Positions 1 to 9,485 of a stretch of 64,000 bases of DNA are shown one piece after another. A model generated the notes under the pieces. That model was not told the DNA's origin. It was given only the letters and a program-made list of their open reading frames with translations, and made no database searches. Positions within the stretch are counted from its first letter, which is position 1. The number at the start of each line of letters is the position of its first letter. The position numbers were made by a program, and so were the translations under genes. Where the stretch lies: positions 416,001 to 480,000 of the forward strand of contig OZ241322.1 in NCBI GenBank assembly GCA_965199715.1, given 5' to 3'. The stretch comes from Vicinamibacteria bacterium (GTDB lineage: Bacteria; Acidobacteriota; Vicinamibacteria; Marinacidobacterales; Marinacidobacteraceae).

Positions 1-645
1 GAACGAGGAGCGCTCGCTCCGGTCCCGCCCGACGGGAATCTCGAGCGCGTCGGACGCGGATTCCAGCGGCGCCGGATCGTCGAGGAGCGCGCCCAGCGCG
101 TCCGCCTCCGCGACCTCGGCCACGAAGCCGTCCGCGTCGATCGGGCGGGTGAAGGAGTCGTAGAAGTAGAGACGGAACCGCCCGTCCTCGAGCGTCCCCT
201 CGAGGTGGTGCACGCCGTCGGGCGCCATGAAGAGGATTCCGCCGTGACGGGGGTTGTGGTCTCCGTGCTCCGCCACCCGGGTCGTGGTCTCGGCGGGTGA
301 CCCGTCGGCGCAGGTTCCGGGCTCCGTCGATTCGCCGCCGACCTCGCCGGGGCAGGTCCAGACCACCTCGCGGGTGGTCGGGACCAGCGGATCGCCGGTC
401 GCCGGGCAGGCGCCGGGCTCCTCCGCCACGAACCCGTCCGGCTCGGCGAGGCAGACGTAGCGGGTGACGAGCGTGCGGCGCACGAGCGCCATGCCGCACA
501 GCGGACAGTCGCCCTCGTCGTGCGACTGGTGGTCCCGGTGCATCGGGCACAGCCACACCGTCCAGGATTCCTCCGGCTCCTGGGCGGCGACCGGAAGCGC
601 CAGCAGACCCCCCAGCAGGAGAATTCCGAGTCCCCGCAGGCTCAT
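1..645 (-). CDS. Exported heavy-metal-binding-domain (HMBD-like) protein, runs off the window edge
   Basis: Manual translation from ATG 645: signal peptide MSLRGLGILLLGGLLALPVAAQE, then WLCPMH...GDCPLCGMAL, two degenerate Cys-pair copies and HGDHNPRHGG; no stop before position 1; absent from the ORF track. Confidence 0.75.
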   Translation of the reverse strand, partial: MSLRGLGILLLGGLLALPVAAQEPEESWTVWLCPMHRDHQSHDEGDCPLCGMALVRRTLVTRYVCLAEPDGFVAEEPGACPATGDPLVPTTREVVWTCPGEVGGESTEPGTCADGSPAETTTRVAEHGDHNPRHGGILFMAPDGVHHLEGTLEDGRFRLYFYDSFTRPIDADGFVAEVAEADALGALLDDPAPLESASDALEIPVGRDRSERSSF

Positions 646-654
646 GGCCGGATT

Positions 655-1140
655 CTAGGCCGGGGCGCTCCGGTCGGTCAGGTTGACCGCGACCGCCCGG
701 GCGGCGCGGACGAGGTCGTCGGGCGCGATGAGGATCTCCTCCCCCCAGACTCCGGCCCCCACGCCGAGCATCGGCTCCTCCATGAGCGCGAGATCGAGGA
801 ACGTCCGCGTATCGGGCTTCTGCCAGCCGAACGGCGGGATGGACCCGATCGCGTAGCCGGTGAACTCGATCACTTCCTCGGGGCGCGCCAACTGGATGTT
901 GCGGTTCCCGATGGCCTTCTTGAGCCGGCCCGAGATGACGCTGCGGTCGCCGCCGACCCCGACCAGAACCCGCTCGCCGGTTCCGGCCCGGAAGATGAGC
1001 GTCTTGACCATCTGGCTCTCCCGGAACCCGAGCGCGCGGGCGACCGCCGCAGCGCCTTTCGGGGTCTCGGCGGGAAACGTGCGCCGCTCCCACGGGATCC
1101 CGCGCTCGTCGAGGTAGCGGTGCGGCGGGAGAACGCTCAC
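655..1140 (-). CDS. YbaK/EbsC-family aminoacyl-tRNA deacylase
   Basis: MVKTLIF and TGYAIGSIPPFG motifs; GTG 1140 overlaps the SDR stop (GTGA). Confidence 0.85.
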   Translation of the reverse strand: MSVLPPHRYLDERGIPWERRTFPAETPKGAAAVARALGFRESQMVKTLIFRAGTGERVLVGVGGDRSVISGRLKKAIGNRNIQLARPEEVIEFTGYAIGSIPPFGWQKPDTRTFLDLALMEEPMLGVGAGVWGEEILIAPDDLVRAARAVAVNLTDRSAPA

Positions 1141-1949
1141 GCGGCCATGCTTTCCCCGGCGTGCGCGCCGACGGCGCGCAGGACGAACCTCGGGAGGAAG
1201 CGGGGAAGCAGCGGGACGATCCGGGGCAGGAGCCCCGGGAAAATCACCGCCCGGCCCCGAAGGGCGCCCCGGTATCCAGCGCGGGCCACGGCCTCCGGGC
1301 GCGCCATCGCGAGGCGCAGCATGGGGCCCCTGAGCGTAATTCCGGCGGTGCCGAGGAACGGCGTGTCCACCGGGCCCGGGCACAGCACGCTCACCGTGAC
1401 CCCCGTGCCCCGGAGCTCCCCGGCGAGACCTTCGGAAAGGTGTTGCACGAAGGCCTTGGTCGCGGCGTACGCGGTGAAGCCCCCGCCGGGGACGAAGGCC
1501 GCGAGGGACCCCACGTTCAGGATGCGTCCCCGGCCCCGCCGCAGCATCGCCGGGAGGCAGCGATGGCAGAGCTCCGCGAGGGCGACGGCGTTCAGCTCGA
1601 GCATGGCGCGCTGCACGCTCGTGCCCACCTTGTGGAAGGGGAGCGAGCGTCCGAAACCGGCGTTGTTGACGAGGAAATCCACTTCCAGATTCCGCTCCTC
1701 GAGCTCGCCCATGAGCTCCTCCACGGATCCGAGCTGCGCGAGATCCTTCGCGATCGCGAACGCCTGGACCCCGTGGCGGTCGGCGATCTCCCGCGCCGCC
1801 CGCTCGAGGCGTTCGGGGGCCCGCGCCACGAGCACGACGTCGCGCCCGTCCGCCGCGGCGAGATCGGCCACATCCCGGCCGATTCCAATGGAGCCGCCGG
1901 TGATCAGCGTCACCGGCCGCGGAGAGGCCGCATAGTCTTCGCCTGACAT
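1137..1949 (-). CDS. Short-chain dehydrogenase/reductase (SDR)
   Basis: TGGSIGIG, LVNNAGFG and YAATK motifs. Confidence 0.9.
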   Translation of the reverse strand: MSGEDYAASPRPVTLITGGSIGIGRDVADLAAADGRDVVLVARAPERLERAAREIADRHGVQAFAIAKDLAQLGSVEELMGELEERNLEVDFLVNNAGFGRSLPFHKVGTSVQRAMLELNAVALAELCHRCLPAMLRRGRGRILNVGSLAAFVPGGGFTAYAATKAFVQHLSEGLAGELRGTGVTVSVLCPGPVDTPFLGTAGITLRGPMLRLAMARPEAVARAGYRGALRGRAVIFPGLLPRIVPLLPRFLPRFVLRAVGAHAGESMAA

Positions 1950-1996
1950 CGCGCCGCCCATTCTAAGAGCGGTCCATCGGGCGGCGGAGGTCCTTC

Positions 1997-4111
1997 ATGT
2001 CATTCCACGATCGAGACTCCGACACCCCGCTGGTGCCGAAGGAGCTGTCGCAGCTCGCCTTCAACGCCCGCGTGCTGCAGGAGGCGCAGGACAAGAGCGT
2101 CCCGCCGCTGGAGCGATTGAAATTCCTCGGGATCTTCTCGAGCAACCAAGACGAATACTACCGGGTCCGGGTAGCCACGATCCAGCGGCTGGAGCGGCTG
2201 GGATCCCGGGGGCACGGGCTTCTCGGCTCTTCCCCGAAGCAATTGCTCGGCCGGATCCAGAACCGCATCCTCGCCGACCAAGACGTATTCCTCGAGACCT
2301 ACGAGAGCCTGCTCGGCGAGCTGGAGGAGCAGGGGGTCCGGATTCTCCCGGAAGGCGAGCTGAACGCCCGGCAGCGAGCGTTCGTGGGCGACTTCTTCGC
2401 CCACAAGGTGCGCCCGTGGCTCACGCCGGTCATCCTGCAGGACTCGCTGGAGCGGCTCGTGCTCTCCGAGCGCGACATCTACCTCGGGGTCCGGGTGGAG
2501 CGTGAGGGAAAGCGCCGCCCCATGTACGCCATCGTGGACGTGCCCACCCGGGTCGCGCCCCGCTTCGTGCGCATTCCCGACGAGACCGGGCGCGCGTCGT
2601 TCATTCTGCTCGAGGACGTGATCCGCTTCGGCCTCGCCGGCGTGTTCTCGATCTTCCGGGCGGTCCGCGCCGACGGCTACGTCATCAAGCTGACCCGGGA
2701 CGCCGAACTGGACCTCGACGGCCACCCCAAGGAGAGCTACCTCACCAAGGTGGAGAAGAGCGTCATTCGGCGGCGCACGGCCGACCTCGTGCGGTTCGTG
2801 TACGACGAGAACATGCCCGACGATCTGTTGAAGGCGCTCCGGAAGAACCTCGACATCGCGAAGCGAAGCTCGCTGGTTCCGGGGGGAAGGCATCACAACT
2901 TCAAGGATTTCATCGGGTTTCCCGACGTGGACGCGGACCTGCGGTATCCGCCCCGAGAGCCGCGGCCGGTGCCGGCGATCGAGTCCCGGAACACCGTGCT
3001 GGCCGCCATCCGCGATCGGGACATCCTGATCCACACGCCGTACCAGCGCTTCTCCAGCATCATCGACCTCCTCCGGGAGGCGGCCATCGACCCCAAGGTG
3101 ACCCGCATCGCGGTGACGCTGTACCGGGTGGCGAACAACTCGGGGGTCGTGCGCGCGCTCATCAACGCGGCGCGGAACGGGAAGCGGGTCACGGCGGTCG
3201 TCGAGCTCACCGCGCGCTTCGACGAGGCCACGAACATCCAGTTCACCGACCGGCTGCTGCGCGAGGGCGTTCGGGTCATCTTCGGCCCGGAGGATCTGAA
3301 GGTGCACGCCAAGCTCGGCCTGATCGAGCGCAAGGAGCACGGCAAGAAGGCGTTCTACGGCCTGCTCGGCACCGGCAACATGAACGAGAACACGGGCCGC
3401 ATCTACACCGACCACTTCCTCCTGACGGCCCACCCGGGGATCTGCGAGGACATCGCCAACCTCTTTCGGATCATCCGGCGTCCTTACCGGGAGCGCCGCT
3501 TCCGCCACCTGCTCGTGGCCCCGTGGACGCTCGGAAGCTCGATCGGCGAGCTCATCGACGCCGAGGCGGAACGCGCCCGCGCCGGCGCGCCCGCGTTCAT
3601 CGAGGCCAAGATGAACAACCTGACGCACGCCGAGACGGTGCGGCGGCTGATCCGGGCCGCCGAGGCCGGCGCGGCGGTGCGGCTGATCGTGCGGGGCACG
3701 CTGGCGCTGCCGATCGACCCGGCCCGCATCCCGGAGAACTTCAAGGCGATCTGCATCCTCGACCGCTACCTCGAGCACTCCCGGTTCTTCACGTTCGGAG
3801 GCGGCGGCATGCCGCTGACGTGGGCCGCCTCGGCCGACTGGATGCCGCGGAACTTCCAGCGCCGGATCGAGATCGCGTTCCCGATCTACGACCCGGAACA
3901 CCAGGCGGCGCTGCGCGAGTACTTCGCGATCCAGTGGGCGGACAACACCAAGTCGCGGCTGCACGATCCCGACGGGCGGAACCAGCGGGCGCCCCGGGTC
4001 GGTCCCCGCCGCCAAGCGCAGGCGGAGCTTTACGACTGGCTCGCGCCGCGCGCCCCGGAGCCGCCGATGAGGGTCGCCGTCAGCGCCGCCGCGTCCGCGA
4101 GGCCGGCGTAG
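1997..4111 (+). CDS. ppk1: Polyphosphate kinase 1
   Basis: ELSQLAFNARVL, ERLKFLGIFSSNQDE, ARFDEATN, KVHAK, TGNMN, RYLEHSR, SADWMPRN; GGAGG RBS upstream. Confidence 0.97.
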   Translation: MSFHDRDSDTPLVPKELSQLAFNARVLQEAQDKSVPPLERLKFLGIFSSNQDEYYRVRVATIQRLERLGSRGHGLLGSSPKQLLGRIQNRILADQDVFLETYESLLGELEEQGVRILPEGELNARQRAFVGDFFAHKVRPWLTPVILQDSLERLVLSERDIYLGVRVEREGKRRPMYAIVDVPTRVAPRFVRIPDETGRASFILLEDVIRFGLAGVFSIFRAVRADGYVIKLTRDAELDLDGHPKESYLTKVEKSVIRRRTADLVRFVYDENMPDDLLKALRKNLDIAKRSSLVPGGRHHNFKDFIGFPDVDADLRYPPREPRPVPAIESRNTVLAAIRDRDILIHTPYQRFSSIIDLLREAAIDPKVTRIAVTLYRVANNSGVVRALINAARNGKRVTAVVELTARFDEATNIQFTDRLLREGVRVIFGPEDLKVHAKLGLIERKEHGKKAFYGLLGTGNMNENTGRIYTDHFLLTAHPGICEDIANLFRIIRRPYRERRFRHLLVAPWTLGSSIGELIDAEAERARAGAPAFIEAKMNNLTHAETVRRLIRAAEAGAAVRLIVRGTLALPIDPARIPENFKAICILDRYLEHSRFFTFGGGGMPLTWAASADWMPRNFQRRIEIAFPIYDPEHQAALREYFAIQWADNTKSRLHDPDGRNQRAPRVGPRRQAQAELYDWLAPRAPEPPMRVAVSAAASARPA

Positions 4112-5055
4112 GCGGAAGCGGCGTCGGCGAACGGCACGCGAAGCGACGGAAGCTCCTCGAGGGGCAGCTCCTCGAGCAGCGACCAGGCGAGCTCCCGACG
4201 CCGCGCTCGCGTCCACGCCGGCCCGAGCGGCGGAAGCCGGCTGACCTGGCTCGAGACGAGGCGCACCCGCCCCCGGTGGAACCAGCCGCCCAGATCGAGC
4301 TCGGCGTTTCCCCGGGCCAGCCAGGATCCCACGACCACCGTTCCGTCCCGCGCCGCGAGGCGGATTCCCTGATCGAGGGCGCGTCCGCTTCCGGAAACCT
4401 CGAACACCAGATCGGCCCGTCCGGCGAGACGCGCGGCGTCCTCGGGAGCGACGGACCGCCGGGCGCCGAATCGACGGGAGAGCTCGCGCCGGGCCGGGCG
4501 GGGCTCGATCGTCGCGAGATCGCCCAGCGGGAAACGCGCGAGGAGCCCGGTGAGCGCGAGGCCGAGCGCCCCCTGCCCCAGCACGACCACCCGGGCGCCG
4601 ACGAGCGGCGGGCCGTCGAGCAGCAGGTTCACCGCCGTCTCGCAATACGGAAACCGCACGGCGCGCTCGTCGGGAAGACCGGGCGGGACGGCCAGCAGGT
4701 CGGCCGGATCCGCGTGGAACCGGGTCTGGTGCGGCGCGAAGGCGAACACCCGGCCTTCCAGGAGCTCTTCGGGCTCCGCGTCCCGGCCGACGCGCTCGAT
4801 CTCGCCGAGCGCCGCGTAGCCGTACCGGAACGGGAAGCGGAACCCGCCGCCGGCGAGCGCCGGGATCGCGTCGTCCCGCACGAGTTCCGGGTCGAGGTCG
4901 CCGCGCCACGCCGCGAGTTCGGTCCCGGTGCTCACCATCGCGAGCCGGGTCCGGACCTGGACGCTCCCGCCCGGCAGGTCGGGGAGCAGGTCGCGGCGGA
5001 CTCCGATCCGCTTCGGCCCCTCGAACCAGACCGAGAGCCGCTCGCGGGACCTCAT
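4030..5055 (-). CDS. MDR-superfamily (Zn-ADH-like) oxidoreductase
   Basis: STGTE, FPFRYGYAALG and Rossmann GQGALG; ATGA overlap with the upstream RibD-C gene. Confidence 0.8.
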   Translation of the reverse strand: MRSRERLSVWFEGPKRIGVRRDLLPDLPGGSVQVRTRLAMVSTGTELAAWRGDLDPELVRDDAIPALAGGGFRFPFRYGYAALGEIERVGRDAEPEELLEGRVFAFAPHQTRFHADPADLLAVPPGLPDERAVRFPYCETAVNLLLDGPPLVGARVVVLGQGALGLALTGLLARFPLGDLATIEPRPARRELSRRFGARRSVAPEDAARLAGRADLVFEVSGSGRALDQGIRLAARDGTVVVGSWLARGNAELDLGGWFHRGRVRLVSSQVSRLPPLGPAWTRARRRELAWSLLEELPLEELPSLRVPFADAASAYAGLADAAALTATLIGGSGARGASQS

Positions 5056-5777
5056 CGCCGCCGGAAGTCGGGAGCCCCTGCGAGCACGAGGTCGTGGTCA
5101 AACCGCTCCCACCGCCAGCGGCGGAGCGCCACCGGAGCCTCCACCCGCGCGAGCGCCGGCTCTCCGCCGATGAGGCGCGGCGCCACGGTGATCACCGCGC
5201 AGTCGGCCAGCCGATCGGCGAAGAGCGCGGTGAGCACGCGGCCCCCGCCCTCGACTAGGAGCCGCCGCAGGCCGCGCTCCCGGAGCAGGCGCATGAGTGG
5301 CGGCAGCGGCACCCTGCCGGCCTCGTTCGCCGGAAACTCCAGCACCGTCGCGCCGCGCTCCCGGATCCGCTCCGCCGCTCCGGGCGGCGCGCCCCGGGTC
5401 GTGGCCACGAGCAGGTTCCGGGCCTCGGGAACGCCCCGGAAGAGGCGGGCGTCGAGCGGCAGCCGCAGCCTGCTGTCCAGCACGATGGGGTCGGGGTCGC
5501 GCCCGGCGGCGAGGCGCACGTCCAGCCGGGGGTCGTCGGCGAGCACCGTGCCGATGCCGACCATGATCGCGTCGTGCCACGACCGCAGCCGGTGGGTCAG
5601 CCCGAGGGACGCGGTCCCGCTGAGGCGGAGCGGCTCGTCCGGCCGCGCCGCGATGGACCCGTCGAGGCTTTGCGCGTAGGTGACGGTGACCGAGGGCCGG
5701 CCGCGCCGGCGCCGTCCGGCGAGGTCGGCGACGAGCGCCTCGATCCCGGTTTCGCCGGAAGGACTTCCCGGAATCAC
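5052..5777 (-). CDS. RibD C-terminal-type (DHFR-fold) pyrimidine reductase, no deaminase domain
   Basis: YAQSLDGSIA, HRLRSWHDAIMVGIGTVLADDPRL and LLVEGGG; GTG 5777 overlaps the upstream stop. Confidence 0.85.
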   Translation of the reverse strand: MIPGSPSGETGIEALVADLAGRRRRGRPSVTVTYAQSLDGSIAARPDEPLRLSGTASLGLTHRLRSWHDAIMVGIGTVLADDPRLDVRLAAGRDPDPIVLDSRLRLPLDARLFRGVPEARNLLVATTRGAPPGAAERIRERGATVLEFPANEAGRVPLPPLMRLLRERGLRRLLVEGGGRVLTALFADRLADCAVITVAPRLIGGEPALARVEAPVALRRWRWERFDHDLVLAGAPDFRRR

Positions 5778-7987
5778 CCGGCTCCGGGCGCGGCGCGCCG
5801 CCACCCGACGTCGTCGAGAAGGACGTCCCCCGGAGGGTTTCCGACGAAGCTCAGGCGGATCGCGCGGATCGACGCCGGGGCGTCGATCGAGGTGAAGTCG
5901 CGCACCGAGATCGCCCGGTATTGCGGGATCGCCTCGACGAGACGGCGGTACCGCGCCTCGTTCATCCGCGCGGACTTGAGGAAGCGCACCTCGAAGGCCG
6001 GCTCGGGGGAGGCGACTGTCACCGGCTGGAAGCGAGCCTCGGCGCACGGCGCCTCCGGTTCGCAGGCGCCCTCGACCAGCTCGGCCTGCAGCGAGAGCGC
6101 CGGCGGGGGCCGGGACGGGTCGTCCCGGTCGGGGATCCACGTCACCGAGAACACCAGCTCGTCCGCCCCGACCACCTCCTCGCCTTCGGCGAAACGCACC
6201 TCGAACATGGGAGCGTCCGCGTCCGCCTCGATCCGCAGGCGCACCGCCGAGGTGCCCTGCTTCGAGCCGTCGCGGAACAGGACCTCCTCCTCGCGCCAGC
6301 GAGCGAAGCCCTCGGCGTGGAGCGTGGCGCCGGGCGCCGTCCCGGTCGTGAGGTCCAGATCTTCCTCGAACGTCGCGACGGCCCCGGTCCGCCCGTCGGA
6401 GTACTGGTTCAGGTAGGGAACCTCCGGGAGGAAGCGGCGTCCGGCGCGGTAGTCACGGAGCAGCGGAAGCCACTCGGTCTGCCCCAGCAGCGTGACCCGC
6501 AGGAACGCCGCGACGTAGGACGCCGCCACCCGCCGCTGGGTCTCCTCCGACACGAGCGGCGCGCGGTTGATCCACAGCGATCCCGGCAGCCCCGAGTCCA
6601 TTCCCCAGGTGCTGTTGAACTGGCCGTGGTTGCCCCCGTGCAGGAGGAGGCCGGCCTTGACGCCCCACGGAACCTGCCCTTCGAGCGGCCGGCCGCTGAA
6701 GTGCGTCCGGTTGTACTGCCGCAGCCCGTGGAAACTCGGCTCGTCGGTGTCGTGGGTGCCCTGGAGCGCGAGGAAGTGCACGTCGTCGAGCTGGATCCGT
6801 CTCGAATAGCGGCGGTCGATCTGGGCGACGGCCACGACCGACCGGACGCCGAAGCCGTAGTCGAACTCCATGTCGGCGCGGTCGGGAAAGTGGTCGAGCC
6901 GGTTGAACGCGGTCGCGATGGCCGCGGCCTCCCCGCCGCGGGAGTGCCCGACGAGTGCGACGCGGTCGAAATCGAGGCGCCGATGCAGCGGTGATCCGGG
7001 ATCCCGGTCCATCTCCCGAAGCGCGGCCAGGTGCTCGAGCAGCAGGATCCCCCGGGCGGGCATCTCGCGGCCGCCGAAGTCGCCGGACCAGCTCCCGTTG
7101 AGGAAGTTGCCGTCCACCGAGACCGCCGCCACGCCGTGGCTCGCGAGCATTTCGGTGAGGTAGGCGTATCCGGCGTCGGAGAAGTCCTCCATCCGGTGGT
7201 TGCCGTGCACCACGAGCGCGACGGGCCGCCGGTCGCCCGCCTCGACCGCGGGCAGGTGCATCCGGCCGTTGATGGGCGCCTCGTCGATCCCGAACCCCCA
7301 GTACCACTCGCGATGGTCGGCGCGGAATCCGGACCATTCGGGAAGCGCCGGTCCGAGATCCACCGACTCGGTGCGGATCGTCACGCCCTCGCCGTACTCG
7401 GGACGATGCGGATCCCGGCCGCTGCCGTAGGTGAGCGCCTCGACGGCGAACGGCCCGGCGGCCGCGGGATCGTCGCGAAGCGTCGCCGCCGGCGCGCCGG
7501 AATCCAGCGGCGCGCGGGGATACGGGTCCGTCCCCGGATTCAGGAGCCACCACAGTCCGGCGCCGGGCAGCAGGAGGCCGACGAGGACCACCGTCGGCCC
7601 CGTAAATCGGCGGCGGCGGAACGGGTCCGTGACGACTCCGAGGCCGGCGCCCACGAGGAACGCCCCGCCGAGCGCGAGCGCGACGAGCCACGGGAACAGC
7701 TCTGACGGCCACCGAAGCACGTACGCACGCAGGACGAGCATCGCGGCGACGCACGCGACGACCAGCCCGACCGAGTCGGACCGGAACCAGTCGGCGCCGC
7801 TCGCGAAGTACCGGAAGATCGCCGCGGCGGCGGCGACGGCGACGATCCCGCCAAGGCCCGCGACGGCCGCGGCGACCAGCGAGAGCGACCCCGGCGCGTA
7901 CAGGAGCCCGGCGCCGACGTACATTCCGACGACGGCGAGAGCGCACGCGACGCCCCCGGACCGGGCGACGCCTCCGTCTCCTCTCAT
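5774..7987 (-). CDS. Membrane-anchored alpha/beta hydrolase
   Basis: About 5 N-terminal hydrophobic helices, then VHGNH, nucleophile elbow GHSRGG and GNHGQFN. Confidence 0.8.
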   Translation of the reverse strand: MRGDGGVARSGGVACALAVVGMYVGAGLLYAPGSLSLVAAAVAGLGGIVAVAAAAAIFRYFASGADWFRSDSVGLVVACVAAMLVLRAYVLRWPSELFPWLVALALGGAFLVGAGLGVVTDPFRRRRFTGPTVVLVGLLLPGAGLWWLLNPGTDPYPRAPLDSGAPAATLRDDPAAAGPFAVEALTYGSGRDPHRPEYGEGVTIRTESVDLGPALPEWSGFRADHREWYWGFGIDEAPINGRMHLPAVEAGDRRPVALVVHGNHRMEDFSDAGYAYLTEMLASHGVAAVSVDGNFLNGSWSGDFGGREMPARGILLLEHLAALREMDRDPGSPLHRRLDFDRVALVGHSRGGEAAAIATAFNRLDHFPDRADMEFDYGFGVRSVVAVAQIDRRYSRRIQLDDVHFLALQGTHDTDEPSFHGLRQYNRTHFSGRPLEGQVPWGVKAGLLLHGGNHGQFNSTWGMDSGLPGSLWINRAPLVSEETQRRVAASYVAAFLRVTLLGQTEWLPLLRDYRAGRRFLPEVPYLNQYSDGRTGAVATFEEDLDLTTGTAPGATLHAEGFARWREEEVLFRDGSKQGTSAVRLRIEADADAPMFEVRFAEGEEVVGADELVFSVTWIPDRDDPSRPPPALSLQAELVEGACEPEAPCAEARFQPVTVASPEPAFEVRFLKSARMNEARYRRLVEAIPQYRAISVRDFTSIDAPASIRAIRLSFVGNPPGDVLLDDVGWRRAAPGAG

Positions 7988-7999
7988 GCGCCGGCCGGG

Positions 8000-8380
8000 T
8001 CAGTCTCCCCGCAGATAGTCGTCCGTCCCGTCCAGCCAGTCCTGCCGGGGAGGCGTGAAGATGTCCACGTCCAGCGTGTCCTCGAGCGCGATCGCCTTGT
8101 GGGGCACCCACGAGGGGAGGACGAGCACCTCCCCGGCGCGGACGTCGATCGGCTCGGAGTCCTCGGAGTCGATCCAGAACCGGAGCGCCCCCTCGAGGAC
8201 GTAGGTGATCTGCTCGTTGTCGTGGGAGTGCATCGGCACCACCGCGCCCTTGTCGAGGTACACGTGCGTGAGCATGGCCCGCTCGGCGGAGATCATGCGC
8301 CGGCCGATGGAGCCGCTGAGGCGCTCCTTCTCCATGTCGTCCCAGCGCAAATGCCGGACTTGGTCCCGGGGATCGGCCAT
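8000..8380 (-). CDS. Cupin-domain protein
   Basis: PMHSHDNEQITYVLEG and PSWVPH cupin motifs; AAGGGAG RBS before ATG 8380. Confidence 0.9.
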   Translation of the reverse strand: MADPRDQVRHLRWDDMEKERLSGSIGRRMISAERAMLTHVYLDKGAVVPMHSHDNEQITYVLEGALRFWIDSEDSEPIDVRAGEVLVLPSWVPHKAIALEDTLDVDIFTPPRQDWLDGTDDYLRGD

Positions 8381-8430
8381 GGCTGCTCCCTTCGCGCCGC
8401 GCGGCGCGGGCCGATCATACCGGCCCGGAG

Positions 8431-8787
8431 TCAGCTCCAATAGCCGGCGGCGAGCCCGAGGACGACTCCGAAGGCGACGGTCAGCACCGGGAACGCCGCG
8501 AGCGCGGCGGCAGCGCGCCCGCCGATCCGCAGCCGGCTCGGAACGAAGACGATGAGCGCCTGGGCGCCGACCGTGCTCCAAAGGCTCACGTAGGCCATGT
8601 CCGGCTGGGCGCAGAACGGGCAGTCGGGCGCCCCCGCAGTCTGAATGTTGCACCACGCGGCGCCGCCCGCCCACAGCCACACGCAGCCACAGTCGTAGAT
8701 GAGGTGGCAGACGTTGATGAAGAAGGTCCCCGCGACCGCGGCCGCGAGCCCGAAAGCGCCGAGCCGGAACAAAGCCGTCCGCATCAT
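8431..8787 (-). CDS. Small Cys-rich membrane protein of unknown function
   Basis: About 118 aa with 3 hydrophobic segments and a CHLIYDCGC...WCN...DCPFC loop; TAGAAT lies 7 nt before ATG 8787. Confidence 0.7.
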   Translation of the reverse strand: MMRTALFRLGAFGLAAAVAGTFFINVCHLIYDCGCVWLWAGGAAWCNIQTAGAPDCPFCAQPDMAYVSLWSTVGAQALIVFVPSRLRIGGRAAAALAAFPVLTVAFGVVLGLAAGYWS

Positions 8788-9467
8788 GCCGGGCATTCTA
8801 CGGGCTGGCGGCGGAGCGCCGCGTCCGCCCGGCGGGTGGGTTCGGGCATGCGGAACCCGTTCCCGCAGGCGAGCGCGAGCTCCACGGCCGTCTCGAGGTC
8901 GAGGAGATGTCCCACGGAAAGGAACATCGGACGGACCCGGTCGCGGGTGCGAAGCGCGGCTCCGACGAGGTCGCCCCGGTGCGTGAGCGGCGTCCGGTCG
9001 CCGCGCCTCGGACCGGGCTCGGCCGCCTCGCCGACGAGGAGGCTCTTCGCCGCTCCCGCGGTCGGGAGGCCGGTCAGGACTCCGAGGTGGCAGGCGAGCC
9101 CGAACCGCCGGGGATGGGCGATCCCCTGCCCGTCGCACAGGATCGCGTCCACCGGAGTCTCGAGCTCGGCGAGCGCCGCTAGGGCCGCCGGAGCTTCCCG
9201 GAAGGAAAGCAGTCCGGGAAGGTAGGGAATGAAGACCGGACGCCGCGCCGTCCGGGTCTCGACGACGCGGCGCTCGGCGACGTCCCAGACCACGGCAGCC
9301 GCGGCGCACGCGCCGCCGAACGGGAAGGCCGCGTCCACGCCGGCGACGCGGCGGGGCCGGAAGCCGGGCGGGGTCTCCGCCCGCACCCGGGGCGCGAGTT
9401 CGCGCTGGATGGCGAGCGCCCCGGCGCGGTCCGTCGCCCATGGATGCGGGACCGGGGGCAGTTTCAC
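8784..9467 (-). CDS. nfi: Endonuclease V
   Basis: VAGVD, PYLPGLLSFRE, CDGQGIAHPRRFGLACHLG, AKS, SVGH and PEPTRRAD. Confidence 0.95.
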   Translation of the reverse strand: MKLPPVPHPWATDRAGALAIQRELAPRVRAETPPGFRPRRVAGVDAAFPFGGACAAAAVVWDVAERRVVETRTARRPVFIPYLPGLLSFREAPAALAALAELETPVDAILCDGQGIAHPRRFGLACHLGVLTGLPTAGAAKSLLVGEAAEPGPRRGDRTPLTHRGDLVGAALRTRDRVRPMFLSVGHLLDLETAVELALACGNGFRMPEPTRRADAALRRQPVECPA

Positions 9468-9485
9468 GACCGCTATTCTGGCCGC
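9468..9485. promoter_or_regulatory. Putative bidirectional leaderless promoter (overlapping -10 hexamers)
   Basis: TATTCT (+, 9474-9479) is 6 nt before GTG 9486; CAGAAT (-, 9480-9475) is 7 nt before GTG 9467. Confidence 0.5.
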
